From Bacillales bacterium UBA7581 (GTDB lineage Bacteria > Bacillota_I > Bacilli_A > RFN20 > CAG-826): a DNA stretch of 64,000 nucleotides. The notes below the pieces were generated by a model that saw only the letters and a list, made by a program, of their open reading frames with translations, did not search any database and was not told where the DNA came from. This document shows positions 35,215 through 46,245 of the stretch, in pieces (the stretch's first letter is position 1; every line of letters begins with the position of its first letter). Location: the NCBI GenBank assembly GCA_002477825.1, contig DLKT01000008.1, forward strand, positions 42,659 through 106,658, read 5' to 3'. Position numbers and translations under genes: made by a program.

Positions 35215-37380
35215 ATGGAAATAGTAGAAAGAAAAAAACAAAAAACGAGTGTAGCTTTATTCAGTTATCGTTCTTCATTTTTACTTTTGACGCTAGGTAT
35301 AATGAGTGTTCTTTTAGAAAAAGCTTTTTTATTTAATCCTCTTATTCTTGTTATTCTGTATTTAAGTATTGAAAAGTCTTTGGTTCAATATTTATTTTCT
35401 TTTACGACGATGTCACTGATGGCTTTTCTTATTGATCCTTCTTATGGACTAGAAATCGTATTAATTAGTTTTGTTTTATTTTTGCTTCATCAATTCTTCT
35501 TAAAAATTCATCATAAATTCGTACAGAAACGGGTGGATTTAGTTGTTTTATGTGGATTATTAACACTTCTAATGTGTATAAAGTCTTGGTCTTTTACGCA
35601 TTTAGCACTTTGCTTGATAGCAACAGGATTATCCTATCTATGGACAGTAGAACTCAATCAATTACAAAAAGCAATAGAGGATGAAACGCAGACGGTAAAA
35701 GATGTAACGCTATGGCTTGCGGGTCTTTTTGGTTTTACATTATCGATGGTTCATCCAATTTTAGGGTTTGTTTTTATACGCCTATTATTGTTATGCGTTC
35801 CCAAAGATAAAAAAATGCTACTAATTAGCTTAGCCACGAGTAGTGCACTAATGATTTTATTTGTGTATCAATATCCTTTAACTTACGCTTTGATGGTGAT
35901 TGGACCTAGTTTAATAGCGGCTTTGTTTGGAAAAAAGCAAAAGATCGTTGCATTTTTAATCGTCCATCTTCTCGTGTTTTTAGCGTTAGATCCTTTGTTT
36001 TACACCAATGGTCTTTTTTATCAAGGTATTGCTAGTTGCATTCTTTATTTAATGTTTTCTTTTAAAATCACTCCATGGATAGATGAATTTGTTTATCGAG
36101 AACGAACTTTACAAAACCAAGAAAATAAAAATCAATATATTCAAACACAACAATCCATTTCTTATCTTTATGATTTTATTTCCGCGATGGACTTTGAATT
36201 AGGAAAACAAGAGAAAACACCCGTTCAAAAAGCGAGGTTACGTGTCTTTAAAAGTGTATGTGCAAAATGTAGTCACCTACTTTATTGCCCATTAACAAAA
36301 GATTTAGAAACAATGGTACAAGGTAAACTCACACCAACACTAAGAAAAAGTATTAATCGAGATTGCATTACACCATATAAGCTCACTTTATCCATACAAC
36401 AATCCTCCGCTATCTTTTTAAATGAAGAAAACTATTATCAAGAATGTTTGCGGCGTAAAGAGGCGATTATCGAATTAATTGAGAGCTTAAAAGAACCTTT
36501 AAAAGAAATAAAAAGTTTACCGAATCAAAAAGATTATCATAGAGAGAAACTACTAGCGCATTTAGAAATTTCAGGTATTCCTCTTGAAGATTTCTATTAT
36601 CAAAAAGAAAAATGGATTTTTATAGTAAAAGAAGAATTGAGTCCTGAACAAGAAAATGACATTCTAGATCTTTTAAAACAAATCAAAAAAGAACGTTATA
36701 CATTAATCAAAAAAGAACGAATTCTTTTTTCTTCTCATCATCGCTATGTTTTTGAAAAAGAACCCATGCATCAAATTTCTTATCTCACTTATCAAAAAGG
36801 ATGTAATCCAAATGCGAATGGAGATCAATTAAAAATTTTACAAAAGGATACCCAGTTTATTGCGCTTTTATGCGATGGTATGGGACATGATGAAAGAGCA
36901 GAAAGAACAGCAAAATCTTTATTAAATTCCTTTTTAGCGCTTTATCAGCATTCTCCAAATGTGCAAAAGAATTTGGATCAATTGAACCGCCTTTTCCGCA
37001 TCAGTTTAGATGGAGATAATTATTCGACTTTTGATTTCTTCCATATTGATTTACAGTCATTAGAACTCACCAATTATAAAGGAGGCTCTTGTCCAACCTT
37101 TATGATCCGTGATGGCAAATTGCTCGTACTTCCTAATGGTGGACTTCCCATCGGCTTATTAGATGAAGTAGAAGTGGAAAGTAAAAGAGTTCAACTGGAA
37201 AAAAACGATATCCTTTTGATTACTAGTGATGGTATTAGCCAATTTATTCAAGATCAAGATCCGATTATTTTCCAAAAAATAGAAAATAAGAATGAATTTT
37301 TCCGTAGTCTTTTTCAACTTTCCATCACTTCTATGAAACATTTTGATGACGCTACTATGATAGTTTGTGAAATTCTATGA
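35215..37380 (+). CDS. spoIIE: Stage II sporulation protein E (membrane PP2C phosphatase)
   Basis: About 10 TM segments at the N-terminus. C-terminal PP2C motifs (LCDGMGHD, ITSDGIS, DDATMIV). Confidence 0.85.
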   Translation: MEIVERKKQKTSVALFSYRSSFLLLTLGIMSVLLEKAFLFNPLILVILYLSIEKSLVQYLFSFTTMSLMAFLIDPSYGLEIVLISFVLFLLHQFFLKIHHKFVQKRVDLVVLCGLLTLLMCIKSWSFTHLALCLIATGLSYLWTVELNQLQKAIEDETQTVKDVTLWLAGLFGFTLSMVHPILGFVFIRLLLLCVPKDKKMLLISLATSSALMILFVYQYPLTYALMVIGPSLIAALFGKKQKIVAFLIVHLLVFLALDPLFYTNGLFYQGIASCILYLMFSFKITPWIDEFVYRERTLQNQENKNQYIQTQQSISYLYDFISAMDFELGKQEKTPVQKARLRVFKSVCAKCSHLLYCPLTKDLETMVQGKLTPTLRKSINRDCITPYKLTLSIQQSSAIFLNEENYYQECLRRKEAIIELIESLKEPLKEIKSLPNQKDYHREKLLAHLEISGIPLEDFYYQKEKWIFIVKEELSPEQENDILDLLKQIKKERYTLIKKERILFSSHHRYVFEKEPMHQISYLTYQKGCNPNANGDQLKILQKDTQFIALLCDGMGHDERAERTAKSLLNSFLALYQHSPNVQKNLDQLNRLFRISLDGDNYSTFDFFHIDLQSLELTNYKGGSCPTFMIRDGKLLVLPNGGLPIGLLDEVEVESKRVQLEKNDILLITSDGISQFIQDQDPIIFQKIENKNEFFRSLFQLSITSMKHFDDATMIVCEIL

Positions 37381-37402
37381 TAAAATAATAACGGTGATGT
37401 AA

Positions 37403-38626
37403 ATGGAAAGCAAAGAATCTTCACATCCTTACCTTGTCGCTGTTTCTTTTGGCCCTGATTCCATGGCTCTTTTAAATATGCTCATTCAACAAAAGAAAAA
37501 CTTAGTGGTTTGTCATGTGAACTATCATAAGCGTAAAGAAAGCGATGAAGAAGAAAGAAAACTAAAAGCTTTTTGTAATGAGAGAAGTATTCCCATTCAT
37601 GTTTTAGAAGCTGGTCATCCTTTAGAACATATGAACTTTCAAGCTTGGGCTCGCGATATCCGCTATCGCTTTTTTGCTTCTGTTTATGAAAAATATAAAG
37701 CACAAGGTTTATTTGTAGCCCATCATGCGGATGATGATGTAGAAACTTTTTTCATGCAAAAGAAAAAACTTTTACGCGTTTATGGTATTCAAGAAGAAAG
37801 AATGCTTTATGGCATGCGGGTCATTCGTCCTCTTTTGAGTTATCGAAAAAGAGATTTATATCATTACTGTGTAGAACATCACATTCCTTTTTCGATTGAT
37901 TCTTCAAATTTAGAAAATGATTATGAACGCAATCGCATTCGTCATTCCATCGTGGAACAACTTTCTGATGAAGAGGTTCGTCAATATCAAGAAGAAAAGA
38001 GAAAATTAAATGAAAAAAGAGCAGAACAATTTTTAACAATTGAAAAAGTATATCAAGATAACACTATCAATATCAGTGCTTTTTTAAAATTAGATAAAGA
38101 ATGTCAATTACTTTGTTTACATGACTTCATTTATCGCTACCTTCCTCAATATTCGTTTAGTAAATATAAAGGTGAATTAATTTTAGAGGCTATTCATTCT
38201 AAAAAGCCAAACTGGAGAATGATTTTAGAAAAGCCATATTCTTTGGTCAAGGCATATGAAGTGATCTATATGCAACAAGAAGTAGAAGTTTCTGATTATG
38301 CTTATGTTTTAAAAGAGCCAGGAGTTCTAGATACACCTTATTTTTCATTAGATTTTAGAGGTGACACTTCGAATCGTAATGTAAAAGAGGAAGATTATCC
38401 TTTAACCATTCGTAATTTCCATGTCGGCGATTTTTATTGGATTCAAGATAAGAAAAAAATGGTAAATCGTTTGTTTTTAGATTGGAAAATGCCCATAGAT
38501 TTACGAAAAATATGGCCAGTAATTGTAAATGCAAAGGGCGAAATTATTTATATCCCTCGTTATCGCTATGCCTATCGAATTAAGCCTCAAGACAATTTTA
38601 TTGTCAAAAGTAAATTAGGTATTTGA
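37403..38626 (+). CDS. tilS: tRNA(Ile)-lysidine synthase
   Basis: PP-loop variant VSFGPDSMAL. Synteny before ftsH. Confidence 0.85.
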   Translation: MESKESSHPYLVAVSFGPDSMALLNMLIQQKKNLVVCHVNYHKRKESDEEERKLKAFCNERSIPIHVLEAGHPLEHMNFQAWARDIRYRFFASVYEKYKAQGLFVAHHADDDVETFFMQKKKLLRVYGIQEERMLYGMRVIRPLLSYRKRDLYHYCVEHHIPFSIDSSNLENDYERNRIRHSIVEQLSDEEVRQYQEEKRKLNEKRAEQFLTIEKVYQDNTINISAFLKLDKECQLLCLHDFIYRYLPQYSFSKYKGELILEAIHSKKPNWRMILEKPYSLVKAYEVIYMQQEVEVSDYAYVLKEPGVLDTPYFSLDFRGDTSNRNVKEEDYPLTIRNFHVGDFYWIQDKKKMVNRLFLDWKMPIDLRKIWPVIVNAKGEIIYIPRYRYAYRIKPQDNFIVKSKLGI

Positions 38627-38751
38627 TTTTGGATGTTTTTTCATTGAATATTTAGTAAATTAATGTATAATACTTAATACTAGGAATGTTATTCTGATTA
38701 CAACTTTTGTAAACAAAAGTTTAATAGATACAATTAGAAAGGGAGGTAAAA

Positions 38752-40800
38752 ATGATGAATGAACAAAGAAAGAAAAGTGCTTTATCTTTTATTTGGCCTT
38801 ATCTCATTATGCTTATTTTAGTTGGTAGTTTTGTTTGGATTACCTTTGGATCATCGGGTAATAAAACAGAGTCTACTGATTTAACACAAATCGCTAATAT
38901 TCTTTATAACGAAGAAGTGTTAAAAGTAACGGTAACCAAAAAACAAACCGTAGCGATTATTTCTGGTACTTATGTTAAAACCAACGAAGAAACTGGAAAA
39001 AATATTAAAACAGATTTTTATCGTCAAGCCGATTTAGATACCTTTAACACAGTGAAATTCCCAGTGGATTCAAACCACGATGGAGTTGTCGATGATGCTG
39101 ATGAAAAGTACTATATTATGGAAATTCTTGAAACGAGTGTCCGCTTAGATGAAGATGGAAATAATTACTATGTAAGTGGTGTTAACTATAAATTAAATAA
39201 CGCTTTTGAAACCAATTGGTTCTTAGAAATGTTACCAACGATTTTAATTATTGGTGGCGGTATTATTCTTACCTTTGTCGTCTTCTCTCGATTAAATGCC
39301 TCTATGAATAGTTCCAATAATAAAGCAATGGAATTTAATCGTTCTCGTGCTAGAAGAGAAGATACATCCAAAGTGAAATTTGATGATGTGGCTGGCGAAG
39401 ATGAAGAAAAAGCTGAATTAATAGAAATGGTGGATTACTTAAAAAATCCAAAGAAATATTCAAAGTTTGGTGCTAAATTGCCTAAAGGTGTCTTGTTAGT
39501 TGGGCCACCAGGAACAGGTAAAACTTTATTAGCGAAAGCTGTAGCGGGTGAAGCGGGCGTTCCATTCTATTCCATTTCCGGTTCTGACTTCGTTGAAATG
39601 TTTGTTGGTGTTGGTGCTGGACGTGTGAGAGATATGTTCAAAAAAGCCAAACAAACCGCTCCTTGCTTAATCTTCATTGATGAAATTGATGCAGTCGGTC
39701 GTCAAAGAGGCGCTGGTATGGGTGGCGGCAACGATGAAAGAGAACAAACATTAAACCAATTATTAGTCGAAATGGATGGTTTCTCTGACAATGCTGGTAT
39801 TATCGTTATGGCGGCTACTAACCGTGATGACGTATTAGATCCGGCTTTATTAAGAGCGGGTCGTTTTGATCGAAAGATTACGGTTGATTTACCTGATAGT
39901 AAAGGAAGAGCAGCTATTTTACGTGTTCACGCTCGTAATAAAATCATTGACCCAAGTGTTGACTTTGATTTAATTGCTCATCGTACAACCGGCTTCTCTG
40001 GCGCTGACTTAGAAACGATTTTAAATGATGCTGCCATTTTAGCGGTTCGTGGTAATAAAGAAAAAGTAACCATGGCTGAAATTGATGAAGCGATTGATCG
40101 TCGTATTGGTGGACCAGCCAAAACTTCTAAAGGTATGACGGCAAAAGAAAGAAAACAAGTTGCCTACCATGAAGCAGGTCACGCAGTCATCGGCTTATTT
40201 ATGCCATACTCCGATAAAGTACAAAAGATTACAATTATTCCTCGTGGAAGAACCGGTGGTCACGTTTTAATGGGACCAGAAGAAGATCGTTTCTTAGCTA
40301 CGAAGAATGAATTAATTGCAAGAATCGTTGGTTACTTAGGTGGAAGATCTTCAGAAGAAATCTTCTTTGAAGATGTTTCTACTGGTGCCCAAAACGATAT
40401 TGAAGTCGCTACTCGTATTGCTCGTTTAATGGTAACTGAATATGGTATGTCCTCTTTAGGACCCATTCAATACGAATCCGATTCTGGCTCTGTTTTCTTA
40501 GGTAGAGATTATACTTCTTCACAAAAGAATTTCTCCACGCAAATTGCATATGAAATCGATAAAGAAGTCCGTTCCATCATTGATGATGCACACCAAAAAG
40601 CACTTTCTTTATTAGAAGAACATAAAGATGATGTGATACTCATTGCCGAAACCTTGTTAGCGCATGAAACCATCACTTCTGAACAAATTGCTTATCTTTT
40701 AGAACATCGTAAACTTCCGGAAGAAAACGTAAGTGCTCCTACGGAAATTGAAGTTGAACCATTAAAAGACGAAAGTGAAGGAAAAGAAGGAGAGGAGTAA
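38752..40800 (+). CDS. ftsH: ATP-dependent zinc metalloprotease FtsH
   Basis: [13 protein letters not shown] and HEAGHA motifs. Confidence 0.95.
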   Translation: MMNEQRKKSALSFIWPYLIMLILVGSFVWITFGSSGNKTESTDLTQIANILYNEEVLKVTVTKKQTVAIISGTYVKTNEETGKNIKTDFYRQADLDTFNTVKFPVDSNHDGVVDDADEKYYIMEILETSVRLDEDGNNYYVSGVNYKLNNAFETNWFLEMLPTILIIGGGIILTFVVFSRLNASMNSSNNKAMEFNRSRARREDTSKVKFDDVAGEDEEKAELIEMVDYLKNPKKYSKFGAKLPKGVLLVGPPGTGKTLLAKAVAGEAGVPFYSISGSDFVEMFVGVGAGRVRDMFKKAKQTAPCLIFIDEIDAVGRQRGAGMGGGNDEREQTLNQLLVEMDGFSDNAGIIVMAATNRDDVLDPALLRAGRFDRKITVDLPDSKGRAAILRVHARNKIIDPSVDFDLIAHRTTGFSGADLETILNDAAILAVRGNKEKVTMAEIDEAIDRRIGGPAKTSKGMTAKERKQVAYHEAGHAVIGLFMPYSDKVQKITIIPRGRTGGHVLMGPEEDRFLATKNELIARIVGYLGGRSSEEIFFEDVSTGAQNDIEVATRIARLMVTEYGMSSLGPIQYESDSGSVFLGRDYTSSQKNFSTQIAYEIDKEVRSIIDDAHQKALSLLEEHKDDVILIAETLLAHETITSEQIAYLLEHRKLPEENVSAPTEIEVEPLKDESEGKEGEE

Positions 40801-40827
40801 TCCTTTCCTTTTTTATGTAGTATAGTT

Positions 40828-41805
40828 ATGTGGAAGATTAAAGATATTGAAGTAGATGGCAAGGTCGTTTTAGCGCCGATGGCGGGAATTACGAATGTTG
40901 CCTATCGAGAATTCATGAAACCATTTGGTGTCGCCTTATCCTATACAGAAATGGTATCCGACTGTGGCTTAATTTATAATAATCAAGAAACGTATCGTTA
41001 TTTAGAGATATCACCGAAAGAACACCCGGTCGGTATTCAATTATTTGGTGGCTCAAAAGAAACTTTATTAGCGGCGATAGATATTATAGAAAATAGAAAC
41101 ATTGATTATGATTTTATTGATATCAACTTAGGCTGTCCTGTTCCTAAAGTGACCAAACAAAACGCGGGTTCTTCTTGGTTAAGAGATGAAGAGGCACTTT
41201 TTGATATGATGCAAGCGTTAGTAAAAAAATCAAAGAAACCCATCACCGCAAAAATTCGTTTAGGTTGGGACGATGAACATATTAATTTTAAAAGCGTCAT
41301 TCAAAAGTTGGAAAAAGCGGGCGTTTCTATGATTGCGATTCATTCGCGTACAAAAAAAGCGATGTATACAGGAAAAGCCCATCATGAATTATTAGTGGGC
41401 TTAAAAGAAATGATGACAGTGCCACTTGTAGTAAGCGGCGATGTATTTACATTAGAAGACGCAATTGAAATTCAAAAGTTAACACATGCAGACGCAATCA
41501 TGGTGGCAAGAGGTGGATTAGGAAATCCTTTCTTAATTCGACAAATGGATCATTATTTTAAAGAAGGAAAAAAATTACCACTTCCTTCGTTAGCGGAAAA
41601 TTTGAAATATTTAAAAGAGCATTACTTACTTTTAAAGAAATTAAAAGGGGAAAAGGTAGCAATTCGTGAACTTCGCGGGATAGCGCCCCATTATCTAAAA
41701 GGTTACCCTTATATGAAGAATTATCGTTATCTTTTAAGTTCACAAATGGAAACAGAAGAAGATTTCTATCGCATTCTTTTAGAAGCAGAACAAAAGTGTG
41801 ATTGA
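40828..41805 (+). CDS. dusB: tRNA-dihydrouridine synthase
   Basis: Dus-family pattern (LAPMAGITN, NLGCP, HSRT). Confidence 0.85.
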   Translation: MWKIKDIEVDGKVVLAPMAGITNVAYREFMKPFGVALSYTEMVSDCGLIYNNQETYRYLEISPKEHPVGIQLFGGSKETLLAAIDIIENRNIDYDFIDINLGCPVPKVTKQNAGSSWLRDEEALFDMMQALVKKSKKPITAKIRLGWDDEHINFKSVIQKLEKAGVSMIAIHSRTKKAMYTGKAHHELLVGLKEMMTVPLVVSGDVFTLEDAIEIQKLTHADAIMVARGGLGNPFLIRQMDHYFKEGKKLPLPSLAENLKYLKEHYLLLKKLKGEKVAIRELRGIAPHYLKGYPYMKNYRYLLSSQMETEEDFYRILLEAEQKCD

Positions 41806-41882
41806 AGTGCAAATGAATAAACTTTCGTGACTTCTCAAAGAAAGAAAAATAAGGTAAAATAAATTGTTGAGGTGAAAATTTT

Positions 41883-43391
41883 ATGAGCGAAGAACAAAAA
41901 TTAACAGAACAAGAAATGAATCGTAGAAACAAATTAGAAAAATATATGGAAAGAGGTATTGATCCCTTTGGTCAAGCCTATGAAAGAACCCATTTTTCCA
42001 CCGAAATTCGTACTTTAGTCGCAGGTAAGAGTCATGATGAGGTCTTAGCAATGGATTTACATGTGGCAATTGCGGGACGTATCATGTTTATTCGTAAAAT
42101 GGGAAAAGCCAGTTTCTTCTCTATTCAAGATTTAAAAGGGAAAATGCAAGTCTATATCAGTATTAATGATGTTGGTGAAGATATGTATACTTTATTCAAA
42201 ATGGCGGATGTAGGTGATATCGTTGGGGTAAAAGGTACAGTTATGTTAACCCAAACTGGAGAACCTACTGTTAAATGCTTTGAATATACACACTTATCGA
42301 AAGCCCTTCGTCCACTTCCTGAAAAATTCCATGGATTAACGGACAAAGAAGAAAGATATCGTCGTCGTTATGTCGACTTAATTATGAATGAAGAAGCGAA
42401 ACGTGTCGCAATCATGAGACCACGTATTGTTAGAGCCATTCAAGAATATTGCGACTCTTTAGGCTTTATTGAAGTGGAAACCCCTGTATTACAACCCATT
42501 CAAGGTGGAGCGACGGCACGTCCATTTAAGACCCATCATAATGCTTTAGATAAAGAATTTTATTTAAGAATCGCTACCGAATTACCTTTAAAGAGATTAA
42601 TCGTTGGTGGCTTAGAAAAAGTTTATGAAATCGGACGCTTATTCCGTAATGAAGGTATGGATTTAACCCATAACCCAGAATTTACAACGATTGAATTATA
42701 TGAAGCGTATGGTGATTTATCTTCCATGATGAGAATTACGGAAGGCATGATTCGTCACGCTGCTGAAAAAGTGGCCAATAAAGAAGTTTTCACTAATATC
42801 TTTGATGTGGAAGGTGAAAAGATTGACTTATCCAAACCATTTAGAGTAGTCACCATGTGCGATATGATTCTTCAAGAAACCGGAATTGATTTTAAAAAGA
42901 ATCATTATACTTTAGAAGAAGCCAAGGCTTTAGCGGAAAAACATGGTGTTGCCGTAGAAAAACACTTTACCGTTGGACATATTATTAACGCGTTCTTTGA
43001 AAAGTTCTGCGAAGAAAAATTAATTCAACCAACTTTCTTATGCGGACACCCTGTTGAAATTTCACCACTTACCAAAATGGACCCAGAAGATCATCGCTTT
43101 GTACAAAGGTTTGAACTTTATATGGGTGGGCATGAATTCGCTAACGCATATACTGAATTGAATGACCCGATTGATCAAAGAAATCGTTTCTTAGAACAAT
43201 TGAAAGAAAGAGATGCGGGAAATGATGAAGCCAATGAAATGGACACCGATTTCTTAGAAGCTCTTGAATATGGTATGCCACCATGTGGCGGTGTCGGTAT
43301 GGGAATTGACCGCTTAGTGATGTTATTAACGGAACAAACTTCCATTCGTGAAGTTATCTTATTCCCATGTATGCGCGATAGAGGTATATAA
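41883..43391 (+). CDS. lysS: Lysine--tRNA ligase (class II)
   Basis: Full-length LysS pattern (FRNEG, ELYMGGHEFANAYTELNDP, GMGIDRL). Confidence 0.95.
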   Translation: MSEEQKLTEQEMNRRNKLEKYMERGIDPFGQAYERTHFSTEIRTLVAGKSHDEVLAMDLHVAIAGRIMFIRKMGKASFFSIQDLKGKMQVYISINDVGEDMYTLFKMADVGDIVGVKGTVMLTQTGEPTVKCFEYTHLSKALRPLPEKFHGLTDKEERYRRRYVDLIMNEEAKRVAIMRPRIVRAIQEYCDSLGFIEVETPVLQPIQGGATARPFKTHHNALDKEFYLRIATELPLKRLIVGGLEKVYEIGRLFRNEGMDLTHNPEFTTIELYEAYGDLSSMMRITEGMIRHAAEKVANKEVFTNIFDVEGEKIDLSKPFRVVTMCDMILQETGIDFKKNHYTLEEAKALAEKHGVAVEKHFTVGHIINAFFEKFCEEKLIQPTFLCGHPVEISPLTKMDPEDHRFVQRFELYMGGHEFANAYTELNDPIDQRNRFLEQLKERDAGNDEANEMDTDFLEALEYGMPPCGGVGMGIDRLVMLLTEQTSIREVILFPCMRDRGI

Positions 43392-43396
43392 TAAAG

Positions 43397-43421
43397 GTAT
43401 GGCAGAAATGCCATACTTTTT
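43397..43421 (+). terminator. Rho-independent terminator of lysS
   Basis: GTATGGCA-gaaa-TGCCATAC followed by T5. Confidence 0.85.
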
Positions 43422-43445
43422 AGATAATTGATGGAGGAGAACGAA

Positions 43446-44288
43446 ATGCAACATGTAAAAGGTGGCTTGTTTGTTGGAGAAAGAGCCTTATACCATAGTG
43501 AAAATCTTTTCTTAGAAAATGTAACTTTTGCGGATGGTGAATCTCCTTTAAAAGAAAGTTCTTTTTTGAATTTAAAAAATTGTATTTTTAAATGGAAATA
43601 TCCTTTATGGTATTCTCACAATATTGAAGTAGAAAACACTACACTTTTAGAAACAGCGCGTTCAGGTATTTGGTACACTACCGATATTGTGATTCGTAAT
43701 TCTTTAATTGAAGCACCGAAAACTTTCCGTCGAGCTTCTGGTATTTATTTAGAAAATGTATCTTTACCGAATGCTCAAGAAACATTTTGGAACTGTAAGG
43801 ATATCGTTTTAAAAAATGTCAACGCTAAAGGCGATTATTTTGGTATGAATGCCGAAAATGTTTCCATTGAAAACTTTACTTTAAGCGGGAACTATGCCTT
43901 TGATGGTGGAAGAAATATTGAAATTCATAACGCGACCATGACTTCAAAAGATTCTTTTTGGAATTGTGAAAATGTCGTCGTTTATGATTCGACGATTATT
44001 GGAGAATATTTAGGATGGAATTCTAAAAATATTACGTTTATTCGTTGTACGATTGATTCAACCCAAGGCATGTGCTATATGGAAAATATTAAAATGGAAG
44101 ATTGTATTTTACTGAATACCAACTTATGCTTTGAGTTCTGTAGTGGTATTGATGCCAAAATTGATTCGGACATTGATTCAGTGAAAAATCCGATTTCGGG
44201 GAAAATTGAAGCAGAACATATCCAAGAAATCATTTTAGATAAGGATTTAATTGATCCTTCCTTAACCGAAATTATAGAAAAGGAGTAA
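43446..44288 (+). CDS. DUF3737-like beta-helix protein
   Basis: Repetitive 'N-x-x-x-N/D-C/V-x-I' turns. This family is commonly found next to patB/malY. Confidence 0.6.
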   Translation: MQHVKGGLFVGERALYHSENLFLENVTFADGESPLKESSFLNLKNCIFKWKYPLWYSHNIEVENTTLLETARSGIWYTTDIVIRNSLIEAPKTFRRASGIYLENVSLPNAQETFWNCKDIVLKNVNAKGDYFGMNAENVSIENFTLSGNYAFDGGRNIEIHNATMTSKDSFWNCENVVVYDSTIIGEYLGWNSKNITFIRCTIDSTQGMCYMENIKMEDCILLNTNLCFEFCSGIDAKIDSDIDSVKNPISGKIEAEHIQEIILDKDLIDPSLTEIIEKE

Positions 44289-44292
44289 AGAT

Positions 44293-45468
44293 ATGAAGCA
44301 GTACGATTTTGATTATACACCTTCTCGTTGGAATACCTTTTCTTTAAAATGGGATATAAAGCCGAATGAGCTTCCAATGTGGGTAGCGGATATGGATTTT
44401 GAGACCGCTCCAGAAGTAAAAGAAGCCATAATCAAACGGGCAGAACATGGCATTTATGGTTATTCTATTATTCCAGAAGAATTCTTTTCTTCCATTCAAT
44501 CATGGTGGAAGAAAAGACATCACGTCGAATGGAAACGGGAATGGATGATTTATTCTTCCGGTATTGTTGCCGCCATTTCTTCTATTGTTCGTCGTTTTAT
44601 AAAAAAAGGGGATTCTGTACTCATTCAATCTCCCGTATTCAATATTTTTTATAATTCAATTTTAAATAATCAAGGTACCGTTTTATCCAATGATTTAGTG
44701 TATAAAGACGGAAAGTATTCCATTGATTTTACTGATTTAGAAGAAAAACTCTCTCATGAATCTACAAAAATGATGATTTTATGTAATCCTCATAATCCGG
44801 TAGGAAAAATATGGAGTGTAGAAGAATTAACGCGTATCGCTACGCTTTGTAAAAAATATAACGTGCTATTACTTTCGGATGAAATTCATTGTGAATTTGT
44901 ACGCCCAGGCTTACATTATAATTCTTTAGGATTACTTGATTCCGATTTATTAGATAACGCAATTATGTTAGTGGCAGCATCTAAAACCTTTAATTTAGCC
45001 GGTTTACAATCAGCGTGTGTAATCGTGCCTAATGAAAAGATCCGTAAAATTGTCGACCGCGGTTTAAATACGGATGAAGTGGCAGAACCCAATGCTTTTT
45101 CGATGATTGCGAATATTGCCGCGTTTACTTATGGAGAAAAATGGGTAGATGCACTCATTGAATATATTGATCAAAATCGTTTATATGCAACCGAATTTAT
45201 TCATACGCACTTACCACATCTTCATTTAGTTGAACAAGAAGCTACTTATCTTTTATGGATTGATATTTCTTATTATTCTTCTAACAGTGTTGAATTTGTA
45301 GAAGAATTACGAAAAGAGACAGGTCTTTATGTCTCGGATGGAATGGAATATGGATTAAACGGAGCGTCTTTTATCCGTGTAAATATTGGAACTTCGAAAA
45401 AGAATGTGGAAGATGGGATGCATCGTTTAGCCACATTGATTCAAAAGAAAGAAAATCAAAGCCTATGA
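44293..45468 (+). CDS. patB: PLP-dependent C-S lyase (PatB/MalY family)
   Basis: Class I/II aminotransferase fold with the SKTFNLAGLQ lysine motif. Confidence 0.8.
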   Translation: MKQYDFDYTPSRWNTFSLKWDIKPNELPMWVADMDFETAPEVKEAIIKRAEHGIYGYSIIPEEFFSSIQSWWKKRHHVEWKREWMIYSSGIVAAISSIVRRFIKKGDSVLIQSPVFNIFYNSILNNQGTVLSNDLVYKDGKYSIDFTDLEEKLSHESTKMMILCNPHNPVGKIWSVEELTRIATLCKKYNVLLLSDEIHCEFVRPGLHYNSLGLLDSDLLDNAIMLVAASKTFNLAGLQSACVIVPNEKIRKIVDRGLNTDEVAEPNAFSMIANIAAFTYGEKWVDALIEYIDQNRLYATEFIHTHLPHLHLVEQEATYLLWIDISYYSSNSVEFVEELRKETGLYVSDGMEYGLNGASFIRVNIGTSKKNVEDGMHRLATLIQKKENQSL

Positions 45469-46175
45469 GAAAAACTTTAGAAAGAACCGCTTTAATCTAT
45501 GGTAAAGAAATTTTAGAAGCGTTAGAAAATAAAAAGGTCATGGTCGTTGGCCTAGGTGGCGTGGGAGGTTATGTAGTAGAAGCCTTAACGCGTATGGGAA
45601 TTGGGCACTTTATTTTAATCGATCATGATATAGTAAGTGAAAGTAACATCAACCGCCAACTCATTGCCACTTATCAAACCCTTGGTCAAAAAAAGATTGA
45701 CGCCATGAAAGAAAGAATGTTAACCATTCAACCAGAAGTGGATGTTAAAACTTTAGATATGTTTGTTTTACTAGAAAATATTGATTCTATTGATTTTGAA
45801 GGTGTGGATTACATTGTGGATGCAATTGATTGTGTAACTGCAAAAATTGCTCTTATTTTAAAAGCAAAAGAATTGAATATTCCTATCATTTCAAGCATGG
45901 GAACAGGAAATAAAGTGAATCCTTCTTTATTAGAAATCACTGATGTTTATAAAACCTCTATGTGCCCTTTGGCCAAAGTAATGCGCCATGAATTAAAAAA
46001 ACGGGGAATAAAGAAATTAAAAGTTCTTTATTCTAAAGAAGAACAACAAAAAAATGTTATTGTTGATGGTAAAAAAAGAGCGCCAGGTAGCACTCCTTTT
46101 GTGCCTTCAAGTGCAGGACTTTTAATCGCAAGTGAAGTAACTGCCGATTTAATTAATGCTTTAAAAGAAAATTGA
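45465..46175 (+). CDS. tcdA: ThiF-family tRNA threonylcarbamoyladenosine dehydratase
   Basis: VVGLGGVGG Rossmann motif and NINRQ. ATGA overlap with patB. Confidence 0.75.
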   Translation: MRKTLERTALIYGKEILEALENKKVMVVGLGGVGGYVVEALTRMGIGHFILIDHDIVSESNINRQLIATYQTLGQKKIDAMKERMLTIQPEVDVKTLDMFVLLENIDSIDFEGVDYIVDAIDCVTAKIALILKAKELNIPIISSMGTGNKVNPSLLEITDVYKTSMCPLAKVMRHELKKRGIKKLKVLYSKEEQQKNVIVDGKKRAPGSTPFVPSSAGLLIASEVTADLINALKEN

Positions 46176-46245
46176 TAACAATAGATTGTTATAATTAAAA
46201 AAAGAGTTTATAATTTTTGATATTAAAAATAGGAGGAAATATTTT

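Noticed and set aside
41806-41882. Possible T-box or other leader upstream of lysS
   Set aside because: Only 77 nt are available, with no specifier or antiterminator features. That is too short for a T-box.
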